NCBI GenBank assembly: GCA_963724765.1
Contig: CAVRVY010000003.1
Coordinates: 704,001-768,000 of the forward strand
Source: an uncultured delta proteobacterium
GTDB lineage: Bacteria > Desulfobacterota > Binatia > Binatales > Binataceae
Direction: 5' to 3'
DNA: 64,000 nt
Shown: piece by piece, positions 1 through 9,498 of the stretch
How positions within the stretch are numbered: position 1 is the first letter of the stretch
Layout: the number at the start of each line of letters is the position of its first letter
Notes under the pieces: generated by a model
Databases searched by the model: none
Seen by the model: only the letters and a program-made list of their open reading frames with translations
What the model was told of the DNA's origin: nothing
Made by a program: the position numbers and the translations under genes

Positions 1-2
1 TG

Positions 3-404
3 TCGGCCACAGCCGGCATCACCTGGTGGAACTTTTACTTCCGGCTCTATCCCACAACCATCCGCGCCCCTCAGGTGGTGGACTTCCTCGGCCACCTGTT
101 GCGTCATCTGCCGGGGAAGCTGTTGGTGGTGTGGGACGGACTGCCGGCGCATCGGGCGCGCTTGGTAACCGAATTTATCCGCGCGCAGCGTGGCCGGCTG
201 GCGCTCGAGTGGCTGCCGGGTTACGCGCCGGAACTCAACCCGGTGGAGTACATCTGGGGTTACTGGAAACACCACGAACTGCCCAACTTCTGTCCCCGCG
301 ATTTCACCCAGCTCAGCCATCAGGCCCGCCGCGCGCTGCGCCGCATGCGTCGGCGCCCACGCTTGGTGAGATCCTTCTGGCATCAAGCAAAACTGTCACT
401 ATAA
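3..404 (+). mobile_element. IS630-family transposase, C-terminal DDE part (5' end outside window); IS probably ends at TA 419-420
   Basis: Frame open from window start; VVWDGLPAH and LPGYAPELNPVEYIW motifs are typical of IS630/Tc1 DDE_3; IS630 elements target TA. Confidence 0.9.
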
Positions 405-450
405 AATGCAGGACTTAATAGGCCGCCGATGGGACCATCGTCATGCGAGA

Positions 451-1008
451 CTAGTTCGGGCACTTTTCAAGGACCTCGCGATGGATCCGCACGCGCTCCT
501 CGTAAACCTGAAACTCCGCGCGCTTGCGCATCCAGCGCTTGCGCGCCCACGGATATCGGCGCTCCACAAGCGCCGCGCTTATCATTAGGTCACCGGCCAG
601 CGCTCTGCGCACTTGCCGCCACGTCGTAAAAGCGGCCTCGATGGCGATATTGTCGATGGTGTCCGGTAAATCCCTGTGTGGATTGATCCAGTGGGATGGC
701 GGCGCTAGGTCCGGGGCGCCGAGCGGCGCACCCAGCGCTTTGAGGCGGGTGAGGACCGCGAGGAAGCGGCTTCCATGGCCCCCACCAGTTCCGATGTGGC
801 ACATCTCGTGTAGCAGCGTCGCTAATACCAACTCGGACGATAGGCCACGCCGGAGGTAAATCGCGCGCGGGGTGCATAGCCCGCTTTGCGGGGCCACTTT
901 CCAGTCTGCCCGCCGCACGCGCCGCTTTCTCAGATTGCCGCTGAAATACTTTTGGTTCAGTTCATCAAATAGACGATCGAGATTTACTATGGTGCCCATT
1001 GCGACCAC
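451..1008 (-). CDS. SprT-like zinc metalloprotease domain protein
   Basis: LFDELNQKYFSGNL N-terminus, TLLHEMCH (HExxH) and downstream GHGSRF are the SprT-like signature. Confidence 0.8.
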   Translation of the reverse strand: MVAMGTIVNLDRLFDELNQKYFSGNLRKRRVRRADWKVAPQSGLCTPRAIYLRRGLSSELVLATLLHEMCHIGTGGGHGSRFLAVLTRLKALGAPLGAPDLAPPSHWINPHRDLPDTIDNIAIEAAFTTWRQVRRALAGDLMISAALVERRYPWARKRWMRKRAEFQVYEERVRIHREVLEKCPN

Positions 1009-1015
1009 TACCTCA

Positions 1016-1387
1016 TCAGCACGCGGGCGCGTCGGTCGCGTCGCCGTGCGCGTTGAGTTGTTGGATCAGATCTCTCAACAGCAACAACGCCCGCGCCACG
1101 GTGATCGCGCCCAGCTCGACTATTAGCTTGTCCACCTCAGCCGGGGCCGTGACGCCGATTGCGATCCGGCGCGCCGCAACCTGTTCCTGCCCAGATACGG
1201 TTTCGCCCTCGTGGAATGGCTGTAGCGCCGCGCTCACGTCGGCGATTCCGCGATCGGCGAACAGATTCCGCGCCTCGTCGATATTCTCGTTGAATGAGCG
1301 GATCGCGTAGGGGAGCACCGCGCGCAGCAACCCTTCGGCGCTTGTGCACCAGCACGTCTCAGTCTCGGTGCGCGTGTCGATTTCCAT
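1016..1387 (-). CDS. hypothetical protein (mobile-element cargo)
   Basis: 123-aa ORF with GGAG SD upstream, 7 bp from the SprT-like gene on the same strand. Confidence 0.6.
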   Translation of the reverse strand: MEIDTRTETETCWCTSAEGLLRAVLPYAIRSFNENIDEARNLFADRGIADVSAALQPFHEGETVSGQEQVAARRIAIGVTAPAEVDKLIVELGAITVARALLLLRDLIQQLNAHGDATDAPAC

Positions 1388-1394
1388 GCTTCAC

Positions 1395-1426
1395 TCCCTC
1401 CGTCTCGATATTCCCTCCGTCTCGAT
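1395..1426. repeat. 15-bp direct repeat TCCCTCCGTCTCGAT x2 (1395-1409, 1412-1426)
   Basis: Read directly from the sequence. Confidence 0.85.
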
Positions 1427-1691
1427 TAGTCGCGACCGAACCTACCGCCCCTTTTTTCGACCGGGGGTCCCATCCCGCTCAGATCCGAGTTCGGGCAAAA
1501 TTCAGCGTGCGCGTAGACAATAAGCGTGCCGCTAATTAGAGCCCGTGTAACACCCTCCTCGACGACGCCCTCCATCGCGACACCCTCCGCCTCGGCAATG
1601 CCATCCACGATGCACAGGGCGGCTCAGGAACGACGCTGGCTCGCGTGGCCGGTTCGGTTAGCGTGCGAGCCGGCAAGCCACGCGCTGACGC

Positions 1692-2147
1692 CTACACCGA
1701 ATGCAACGGTACGCTGATCCTGTTTGCCATCGTCCAGTCTTCGAGAAATCGAGTGCACATCGCGACACGGCCCAACCCGGCGCCCAAATCCAGGCCACAC
1801 ATCTCGTGGTCCGCGCGCCCGATCACGTACCCAGCCTGCGCGAGTAGGATCAACTCCTCGATGCCGGCGGAGCGCATCCGGTCTACAGCGGCCATCGTGG
1901 CATCGTCGAGCTGGCCGTTTACCGGCGTGTGATATGCACATACCTGCATCAGCCTAACGGCGGTCATAGCGGGCAACGCGACGAAGCATTGCAGGACTAT
2001 GGCGTCGAGCGGCTCGGGCAATTCGCCGATACGGAATCGCGACCAATAGCCTTCGAGCGTCGCGTCATCGAGCGGCGCGTCGCCGTGGCCGCCGTCGCTG
2101 AGCGCGCGCACCAGCTTGAATGCCTCGGACTTGTTACTCGTTCGCAT
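1692..2147 (-). CDS. hypothetical protein resembling a degenerate GH108 lysozyme/peptidoglycan-binding region
   Basis: YW..RIGELPEPLD.IV...AVRLMQ...VNGQLDDATMAAV parallels GH108 YW...LP...FD.AVN.G...LQ...DG.IG..TL.A; catalytic EGGY absent; GGGAG SD upstream. Confidence 0.5.
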   Translation of the reverse strand: MRTSNKSEAFKLVRALSDGGHGDAPLDDATLEGYWSRFRIGELPEPLDAIVLQCFVALPAMTAVRLMQVCAYHTPVNGQLDDATMAAVDRMRSAGIEELILLAQAGYVIGRADHEMCGLDLGAGLGRVAMCTRFLEDWTMANRISVPLHSV

Positions 2148-2223
2148 CGTCGTTACTCCCCTAGAGCCCGGTTAAAAGCGGGCGAAATTGCCCGATAATT
2201 CCATTGTTGCGATCACGTTTTTG

Positions 2224-2371
2224 TGGCACCGCGTTGGCACCGTCGCCTGTAAGCCGTTGAAATAATTAGCTTTTCCGTCGAGAGGCTGACTAATAGTCAG
2301 CGGGTAGATCCCTATCGACACGCCAGAAATCGACGCGGAATCGGCGCCACATCGGTGCCAAGCCGGTGCCA
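2224..2371. promoter_or_regulatory. putative tyrosine-integrase arm-type binding sites
   Basis: TGGCACCG at 2224-2231 and 2235-2242; inverted CGG(C/T)GCCA at 2342-2349, 2353-2360, 2364-2371; all at 11-bp period, upstream of the tRNA fragment. Confidence 0.6.
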
Positions 2372-2526
2372 AAACCAGCCGAACGCAGCCGCACCACGAT
2401 CCCGCCATCGAGTTGATAGCCATCGGCTTCACGCGGATTTCTTTGACGGTGTTGCGGGATGGATCGGCGTGTTACGATCCGACGGGCTATTTTTAATCAG
2501 CAGGTAAAATTCAAAAAGGTCAAATA

Positions 2527-2539
2527 AATCAAGCTGTTA
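2527..2539 (+). promoter_or_regulatory. IHF-binding consensus site
   Basis: AATCAAGCTGTTA matches WATCAANNNNTTR exactly, about 35 bp before the att core. Confidence 0.55.
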
Positions 2540-2572
2540 TGCGATTAAAGCGAAAAGAGCCTGACCTCGCTG

Positions 2573-2617
2573 TTCGTAATCAGCAGGTCGTCGGTTCGAA
2601 TCCGACGGGTGGCTCCA
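2573..2617 (+). mobile_element. attR: 3' half of tRNA-Thr(CGT), not an intact tRNA
   Basis: Anticodon loop TTCGTAA, then TCAGC, T-arm GTCGG-TTCGAAT-CCGAC, acceptor strand GGGTGGC-T-CCA; no D-arm or 5' GCCACC strand upstream. Confidence 0.85.
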
Positions 2618-2676
2618 AAGAAATCAAGCAAAACCAACGCCTTTGCTGATGTCATCACGGCAGTTCGACTCGCTTA

Positions 2677-2811
2677 ATGGAAGCGCCACAAGCGGCCCTC
2701 AAGGGCCATGAAGTCTACCAGTTACTTGCGCTGGTAGACGCGCTGCGCGATGGGAGCGCGAGAGAGCGCGAACTCGCGAAACGTGAGCTTTCCGCGCGGT
2801 TCAAGAATTGA
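2677..2811 (+). pseudogene. C-terminal remnant of a conserved hypothetical protein (possibly type IV TA/AbiEi-associated)
   Basis: Translates to MEAPQAALKGHEVYQLLALVDALRDGSARERELAKRELSARFKN*, resembling the recalled C-terminal motif LYELLALVDAIR.GRARER.LA. Confidence 0.5.
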
Positions 2812-3069
2812 GCCTGTAATCGAATTGGATTTACATCTCGCGAGGTTTGTAGATTTTGCTATTTTCTCATTGTGATGCAGGATATTCAGCCTTTCTTAAA
2901 CCGGACCAGATTCCAAGCTCGAGATTGAATTCCTTCCAAGTGGCTGTCAGCACTTCTCCACGGCGCTCCCGTTAATAGTATCAACCGAATTGCATTCGCT
3001 GCAGCTTGACTTGGGTGCTGGTCGAGTGCGTCGCAAAGGCGATCAATTTCCGCCGTCGAGAGCCAGCGA

Positions 3070-3145
3070 GGGCACGTCCTCGGCCGAGCCCATGAGCAAG
3101 GTCGTCGAAGTCGGCAGCGCGGTCAAAAAATTTAAAGCCGGGTAA
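3070..3145 (+). pseudogene. zinc-dependent alcohol/formaldehyde dehydrogenase fragment
   Basis: GHVLG/(frameshift)/EPMSKVVEVGSAVKKFKAG* matches the GHE..G.VVEVG..V..fK.GD motif. Confidence 0.55.
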
Positions 3146-3240
3146 ATGCCTGAGCCTGAGGCGTGAGAAATCTTCGCGCTCATGTTGTTCGATTGGAATC
3201 GTGACTCGGGCCTGCGTAAAATTGCATTTGGAGCTAATTC

Positions 3241-5925
3241 GTGGCGGCGAACAGCAGACTTTTCCGCTATCAAGCCAAGCGCGATTTCAGCAAAACCGCC
3301 GAGCCCAGCGGCGACAATCGTGTCGCGCCATCGGAGGTCCGCCGCTTCATAATCCAAAAACATGCCGCCACGCGGCTTCACTACGATTTCCGCCTCGAAC
3401 TTGACGGCGTATTAAAATCGTGGGCCGTCACCAAGGGTCCGTCGATCGATCCGCATGTTAAACGCCTCGCCGTCGAGGTCGAAGATCACCCGCTCGACTA
3501 CGGCGACTTCGAAGGGACTATTCCGAAGGGTCAATATGGCGGTGGCTCGGTCCAGCTATGGGATCGCGGCTACTGGATGCCGGAAGGTAGCGATCCTGCG
3601 GCCGCGATCAAAAATGGCGAGTTGAAGTTCGTGGTCGAAGGCGAACGGTTGCACGGCGGATGGGTTCTGGTGCGAATCAAAAACCGCCGCCCCGGCGACA
3701 AGAAGAATAACTGGTTGCTCATCAAGCATCGCGATGAATTCGCGCGCGACAACGACGGGGGCGCTCTGCTGGCCCAAGATCGCTCGGTCGCGTCGGGCCG
3801 CACGATGGCTGATATCGCCGAGGGCAAGGGCCGTGGCCCTAAGCCCTTCATCCTCGCCACCAAGCATCAGGCGCCGCCCGACGCGAACTGGAACTCGAAC
3901 AGCGGCAGCGCCGCGGATCTGCGGGCATTCGGTGCGACCAGCGCGAAGCCCGCGGCGCATGCTAAGGCGATATCGAGCAAACGCAAGCGTCGCGGCCCCG
4001 ACCCGATGCCCGAATTTGTCGCGCCCGAACTATGCAAGCTGATCGATCGGCCGCCCTCGGGAACGGGATGGGTTCACGAGGTCAAGTTCGACGGCTATCG
4101 CATTCAGGCGCGGGTCGAGGACGGCCAGCCAGTGCTGCGCACGCGCAAAGGCCTCGACTGGACGGCCAAGTTCGGCGCGATTGCGCGTGCGACGGCGAGC
4201 CTGCCCGACGGAATCTACGACGGTGAGGTGGTTGCGCTCGATAAGAAAGGGGCACCCGACTTTGGGGCTTTGCAGGCGGCGCTTGCGGCGGCCAAGACCG
4301 AAAACCTCGTCTATTTTGTTTTCGATTTGCTGTTCGCCGAAGGCGAGGATTTTCAAAAGGTTCCGCTGCGCGCGCGCAAAGCCGCCTTGAAGCGCATCAT
4401 CGAAAAGCTCGACGACGATTCGCTGATCCGCTACGTCGAACATTTCGATGCTTCCGGAGAATCAGTGCTTGACACCGCCAGCAAGATGTCGCTCGAAGGT
4501 ATCGTCTCGAAGCAACTCGACGATATCTATCGTCCAGGCCAGCGCGACTGGACCAAGACCAAGTGCCGCGCTAGCCAGGAAGTCGTGCTCGGCGGGTGGA
4601 CCAGCGAAGGCAGCCGCTTCCGCTCGCTGCTCGCGGGAGTCTATCGCGATAAACATCTTGTCTATATTGGACGCATCGGCACGGGCTTCGGGGAAGACGT
4701 CGTCAAGCGAATCCTCCCACGGCTTAAGGAACTGACGGTTGACCAGAATCCGTTCGAGGATCAAAGGGCGCCGCGCAAACAAATCGGCGTCCATTGGCTG
4801 AAGCCCGAGCTGGTCGCTCAAATCGAGTTCGCGGGATGGACCGGCGATGGCATGGTGCGGGCAGGCGCGTTCAAAGGACTGCGCGAAGACAAACCTGCGC
4901 TCGAAATAGTCGCCGAACTCCCGGCGACCGCGCAGCGGGCTGAAGTCGCTGAACCGGCGCCCACAAAAACCAGTTCCAACACGTTCGCATCGCCCAAGTT
5001 GAAGGCCGGTGGCACTGCGAGCGTGATGGGTATTCAGATTTCTAATCCCGACAAAGCGATGTGGCCCGATGCTGGTGACGGCAAACCTGTCACCAAGTTC
5101 GATCTGGCTCATTATTACGAAGCTGTCGGCGATTGGATGATCGAGCACATCAAGGGACGCCCATGCTCGATCGTGCGCGCGCCTGATGGGATCGGCGGCG
5201 AACATTTTTTTCAACGCCACGGCATGCAAGGAATGTCGAAGTTGCTCAAGCTCGTGAAGGTCTCGGGCGATCATCAACCTTACCTGCAAATCGACACCGT
5301 CGAGGGACTGATCGCTGTCGCCCAGGTTGCCGCGCTGGAGCTGCATCCGTGGAACTGCGAGCCTGATGCGCCTGAAGTACCGGGACGATTGATCTTCGAT
5401 TTCGATCCGGCGTCTGACGTAGATTTCAGCGCCGTCATCAAGGGTGCGCGCGAACTCCGGGACCGCCTCGAGACGCTCGGCTTGATTAGCTTCTGCAAAA
5501 CGACTGGCGGCAAGGGCTTGCACGTAGTGACTCCTCTCTCTCAGCCAAACAAGGAAAAGCTGGACTGGTCGGCAGCGAAAGCTTTCGCCCATGAAGTGGT
5601 GATACAGATGGCCGCCGACAGCCCGGCCCGTTATCTGACCACGATGGCCAAGAAAGATCGTAGCGGAAAAATCTTTCTCGACTATCTGCGCAACGATCGC
5701 ACGTCCACCGCGGTCGCGGTGCTGTCGCCACGTGCGCGAGCAGGCGCGACGGTCTCGATGCCGCTTGATTGGACGCAAGTCAGGGCGGGTCTGGATCCAC
5801 GGCGCTTTACAGTCCGCACCACCCCCGCGCTACTCTCAAAGAGTAAGGCATGGAAGAACTACGATGATTCCGAGCGCTCACTCGAGAACGCGATCGAGCG
5901 GCTGACAAAATCCACGGCCGTTTGA
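3241..5925 (+). CDS. ligD: DNA ligase D (phosphoesterase-ligase-polymerase)
   Basis: PE domain [15 protein letters not shown]; ligase motif [10 protein letters not shown]; primase-polymerase [23 protein letters not shown]. Confidence 0.97.
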   Translation: MAANSRLFRYQAKRDFSKTAEPSGDNRVAPSEVRRFIIQKHAATRLHYDFRLELDGVLKSWAVTKGPSIDPHVKRLAVEVEDHPLDYGDFEGTIPKGQYGGGSVQLWDRGYWMPEGSDPAAAIKNGELKFVVEGERLHGGWVLVRIKNRRPGDKKNNWLLIKHRDEFARDNDGGALLAQDRSVASGRTMADIAEGKGRGPKPFILATKHQAPPDANWNSNSGSAADLRAFGATSAKPAAHAKAISSKRKRRGPDPMPEFVAPELCKLIDRPPSGTGWVHEVKFDGYRIQARVEDGQPVLRTRKGLDWTAKFGAIARATASLPDGIYDGEVVALDKKGAPDFGALQAALAAAKTENLVYFVFDLLFAEGEDFQKVPLRARKAALKRIIEKLDDDSLIRYVEHFDASGESVLDTASKMSLEGIVSKQLDDIYRPGQRDWTKTKCRASQEVVLGGWTSEGSRFRSLLAGVYRDKHLVYIGRIGTGFGEDVVKRILPRLKELTVDQNPFEDQRAPRKQIGVHWLKPELVAQIEFAGWTGDGMVRAGAFKGLREDKPALEIVAELPATAQRAEVAEPAPTKTSSNTFASPKLKAGGTASVMGIQISNPDKAMWPDAGDGKPVTKFDLAHYYEAVGDWMIEHIKGRPCSIVRAPDGIGGEHFFQRHGMQGMSKLLKLVKVSGDHQPYLQIDTVEGLIAVAQVAALELHPWNCEPDAPEVPGRLIFDFDPASDVDFSAVIKGARELRDRLETLGLISFCKTTGGKGLHVVTPLSQPNKEKLDWSAAKAFAHEVVIQMAADSPARYLTTMAKKDRSGKIFLDYLRNDRTSTAVAVLSPRARAGATVSMPLDWTQVRAGLDPRRFTVRTTPALLSKSKAWKNYDDSERSLENAIERLTKSTAV

Positions 5926-6046
5926 ATCTGGCGCAGCCTGCGCGAGGCCGTTCTCCTCTGCAACTTCTAAAAGCCCCTTCCTTTCCGAGGCTTAGCGCGA
6001 AGATTTGATCGTAAGGGAAGGCTTGAACGTAGGAATGGTCTGCACT

Positions 6047-6259
6047 GCCTTTCTGAATCTGAAAACCATGTACCAGCTCGCCCCGATCGATCATCTTATT
6101 TTCGGAAACACAATAGATCCTTTCTTGTATTCTACTGTTGTCCTTCGCATGAAGCAGATTGAAGTGTACAGCCTTCGACACTGTGGCTGGAAATAACTCG
6201 ACTGGAATCGACACCAGCCCAAAAGATATGCTGCTACGAGATATTGCTCGCGAGGGCAT
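6047..6259 (-). pseudogene. ku: Ku protein, only N-terminal ~70 aa retained
   Basis: MPSRAISRSSISFGLVSIPVELFPAT...FNLLH..DNSRI...ELVHGFQIQKG is the Ku N-terminus; similarity then stops; GGAGG SD upstream. Confidence 0.85.
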
Positions 6260-6373
6260 TCTGACAGGCCTCCGCGTTTGATCCGGACAACGATGCTTTC
6301 AGGGAGTCTGGGCCGCGGACTGAGTGCTCATGCATCTCACCCCAGAGGCGCCGCGCTATCTCTGTCCGCAGAA

Positions 6374-8575
6374 TTAAGCGGGCTCGCGGCGAGTTACGTC
6401 ACGCGACAAATCAAAGGCGATTCGCCGTACCACGCGGGCTGGTTCGCCACCGGTCAACGCTGCGAACAACAAGAGCGAACGGCCGGTAACTTCGTAAGTG
6501 TCCCCTGTCTTTAGAGTTGAGGTTTCGCCCCGCTCCGGATCGTTCGTATCAATAAACGTCAGCCATTGGTTGCCGCCAACAAATTCAGGCAAAGTGAATT
6601 CTACTACATCGTGATACGCATTGACGACGACCAGCAGGGTAACGTCGGAAGCCCGCCGCTTGATACCGCTGGTTTGGGCTCTTCCGTCAATGAGCATACC
6701 GAAACAACGCATATTGCCGTCTTCCCAGCCGCCTTTCTGCATCTCACTTCCCGCTGCATTGATCCAGGTTACGTCCTTTACCTCCAGCTCCGGGTTATGC
6801 TCGGCGGTGAGGAAGCGGCCGCGCCGCAGAATGGGCAGAGAATGGCGCAGACGGATCAGACTTCGGGTGAACGCAATCAGCGAGCGTCCCTGCTTCCCTA
6901 TGCTCTCCCAATCCACCCAGCTGATTTCGTTGTCCTGACAATAAGCATTATTGTTGCCCTTTTGAGTTCGGCCGAACTCATCCCCGGCGAGAAGCATCGG
7001 CGTCCCTTGCGACAACAACAGCGTCGCGAGGAAGTTGCGCTTCTGTCGCTCGCGTAGCTTGTTAATCGCCGGATCGTCGGTGGGACCCTCGGCGCCGCAG
7101 TTCCATGCAAGGTTATTCGAGGTTCCGTCCTGATTGTTCTCGCCGTTGGCTTCGTTATGCTTGTCGTTGTAGGAAACCAGGTCATTTAGCGTAAACCCGT
7201 CGTGAGCAGTAACAAAATTAACGCTCGCCCACGGTCTGCGCCCCCTTTTGTTAAACAGATCGCCTGAGGCCGCAAGGCGCGAGGCCATCTCAGCCGCTTT
7301 TCCTTCGTCGCCCTTCCAAAAGCTTCTGACGGTGTCGCGATACCGATCGTTCCATTCGGCCCATCCCGGTGGGAAAGACCCCACCTGGTACCCTCCAGGT
7401 CCGCAATCCCATGGCTCCGCGATTAGTTTCACCTGACTCAGCACCGGATCCTGGCGACAGCTATCCAGGAATCCACCGCCCTCATCGAAGCCACTGACTT
7501 CGCGACCAAGAATGGTTCCCAGATCGAACCGAAAGCCATCGACGTGCATTTCGGTTATCCAGTAGCGCAAGCTATCGGTGGCCATTTGCAATATGCGCGG
7601 ATGGCTCATGTTGATGGTATTGCCAGTGCCAGTGTCGTTGATGTAGTAGCGCGGTTTATCTGGCAGCAAACGATAGTAAGAGGCATTGTCTATGCCCCTA
7701 AAGGAAAGAGTAGGTCCGCGTTCATTTCCTTCGGCGGTGTGGTTATAAACTACGTCGAGGATGACCTCCACACCCGCATCATGGAAATGAGCAACCATTT
7801 GCTTGAATTCCGTGATCGCTCCGGTCGCGAAATAACGCGGGTCCGCCGCAGAGAACCCGATCGTGTTGTATCCCCAGTAATTCGTTAGCCCTTTATCTAG
7901 CAACGAGCTGTCGTTGACAAAGGAGTGGATAGGCAACAATTCGACTGCGGTTACGCCAAGGCTTCTGATGTAATCGACGATATCTGGATGTGCCAGGCCT
8001 GCGAAGCTGCCGCGAAGGCTTTGCGGCACCCTTGAATTTTGCCTGGTAAAACCTCTGACGTGCAGCTCGTAAATAATTGTCCGATCCCAGGGTATTGAAG
8101 GCCGGCGGTCACGAGCCCAGGTGAAAGCGGGATCGACCACAACGCACTTCGGCATAAGGGGAGCGCTATCGCGATCGTCGAAAGTTAGATCGTGATCCGC
8201 CGCGCCCAACGTATAGCCAAACAGCTCAGGACCCCACTTGAGTTGTCCAGTGTGGGCCATCGCGTACGGATCCAACACTAGCTTGTTAGGGTTAAATCGA
8301 TGGCCCGCTTCGGGTTCATAGGGCCCATGGACGCGATAGGCATATACCGTCCCCGGTCCCGCGTCTGGCAGATAACCATGCCACACCTCATCGGTGTATT
8401 CGGGCAGCTCAACCCGCTGAAGTTCGTGGGTTCCGGTCGAATCGAAGAGACACAATTCAACTTTCGTGGCGCTCGCTGAAAACAGGCTGAAGTTAACCCC
8501 CAACCCGTCCCAAGCTGCGCCTCGTCGAGTCGAGTCGCCCTCCCAAATACGAATGGAGCGTGCGTCAATTGCCAT
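6374..8575 (-). CDS. glgX: glycogen debranching enzyme GlgX (GH13)
   Basis: NYWGYNT, DVVYNHTAEG, DGFRFDL, IAEPWD, TAHDGFTL, NNNAYCQDNE; start placed at ATG 8575 after GGAG. Confidence 0.97.
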   Translation of the reverse strand: MAIDARSIRIWEGDSTRRGAAWDGLGVNFSLFSASATKVELCLFDSTGTHELQRVELPEYTDEVWHGYLPDAGPGTVYAYRVHGPYEPEAGHRFNPNKLVLDPYAMAHTGQLKWGPELFGYTLGAADHDLTFDDRDSAPLMPKCVVVDPAFTWARDRRPSIPWDRTIIYELHVRGFTRQNSRVPQSLRGSFAGLAHPDIVDYIRSLGVTAVELLPIHSFVNDSSLLDKGLTNYWGYNTIGFSAADPRYFATGAITEFKQMVAHFHDAGVEVILDVVYNHTAEGNERGPTLSFRGIDNASYYRLLPDKPRYYINDTGTGNTINMSHPRILQMATDSLRYWITEMHVDGFRFDLGTILGREVSGFDEGGGFLDSCRQDPVLSQVKLIAEPWDCGPGGYQVGSFPPGWAEWNDRYRDTVRSFWKGDEGKAAEMASRLAASGDLFNKRGRRPWASVNFVTAHDGFTLNDLVSYNDKHNEANGENNQDGTSNNLAWNCGAEGPTDDPAINKLRERQKRNFLATLLLSQGTPMLLAGDEFGRTQKGNNNAYCQDNEISWVDWESIGKQGRSLIAFTRSLIRLRHSLPILRRGRFLTAEHNPELEVKDVTWINAAGSEMQKGGWEDGNMRCFGMLIDGRAQTSGIKRRASDVTLLVVVNAYHDVVEFTLPEFVGGNQWLTFIDTNDPERGETSTLKTGDTYEVTGRSLLLFAALTGGEPARVVRRIAFDLSRDVTRREPA

Positions 8576-9178
8576 CGTGGTAATTCTCCCTGCTCCGTTC
8601 GGAGAAACGGCAAGAAGCGCGCCTAGAAATATGGCAGGACGAATAGAGAAAATGCGCCTGTTAGCACATCGAACTGGCAAGCCGGTGCGGAGCGCTTTTG
8701 TGAAATTTCGACAAGGATGCGCTACAAACCGTCAGAGGCGAATTATTCAGTCAGGATCGCAACAATCGTACAGCGCCGCATGCACCATACCCCGCACCCC
8801 GCAGCCACAGCCGCCCTACATCTACAGCTTTCTTTCCACCCTCGCTTTTTGGCACTTTTGCCCATGGCGGCCTCCTCCTCTTGCCCAGCCCGATCTTTTA
8901 ATCGGCGAGGAGCGCCGCCCCACAAATCTCCAGCGCTCTTCAGAACATCGCCGGTGCGCCGCCAAATGCAGTTGTTGTTGAACCCACCTTGTGGAGCATC
9001 AATGCGCTTAATTTCAAGGCCGCGAGACTATCACGGCGTCCGGAGCAGATAGATCAAATCTGACGAGGACTACATCAACAATGCCGTCGGATCACAGCAA
9101 GGAGCCGTCTCATCGTTGGAATAGCCAACCTCTTGCTGTGCAGGTCTCCTGATCATGCTGTTCGGGTGGCACGTCAGT

Positions 9179-9325
9179 CTACAACCGCCTGGTGACAAGC
9201 AACACGATGAGTACAATGAGGATGATTCCGCCGATCCCGATTCCGCCATAGGGTCCATAGGCGTAATAGCCGCCGCCGCCACCAAACAGCAAGAGTAGGA
9301 TCAGAATCAGTAGCAAAGGGGACAT
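9179..9325 (-). CDS. small membrane protein, DUF3309-like (48 aa; missing from ORF track)
   Basis: MSPLLLILILLLLFGGGGGYYAYGPYGGIGIGGIILIVLIVLLVTRRL*, with GGAGGT SD 7 nt upstream. Confidence 0.85.
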   Translation of the reverse strand: MSPLLLILILLLLFGGGGGYYAYGPYGGIGIGGIILIVLIVLLVTRRL

Positions 9326-9498
9326 GAATCATACCTCCTGGAGACACTAGGACAGTTGCAATCGAGGCTAATTCTGAGTTTGACCAAGGCTGATCTCGCC
9401 ATCATTCCCAGATTGCCATGTTCTTATGCATTTTTGGCGCATCACTCCTGCTGAAGATCGTCGTCGTGGACTCGAGGACTTCTCCGACTGCGGACGGT

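Noticed and set aside
2540-2617. Intact tRNA-Thr gene
   Set aside because: No 5' acceptor strand or D-arm; only the 3' half is present, so called as an att site.
4462-5778. Long antisense ORFs (also 21659-23089, 24066-25751, 31416-32735, 46277-47425, 55237-56850)
   Set aside because: Shadow frames of well-supported genes in high-GC DNA; no recognisable motifs.
5807-6046. C-terminal half of the 150-aa Ku ORF
   Set aside because: Not Ku-like and overlaps the ligD 3' end; read-through after truncation.
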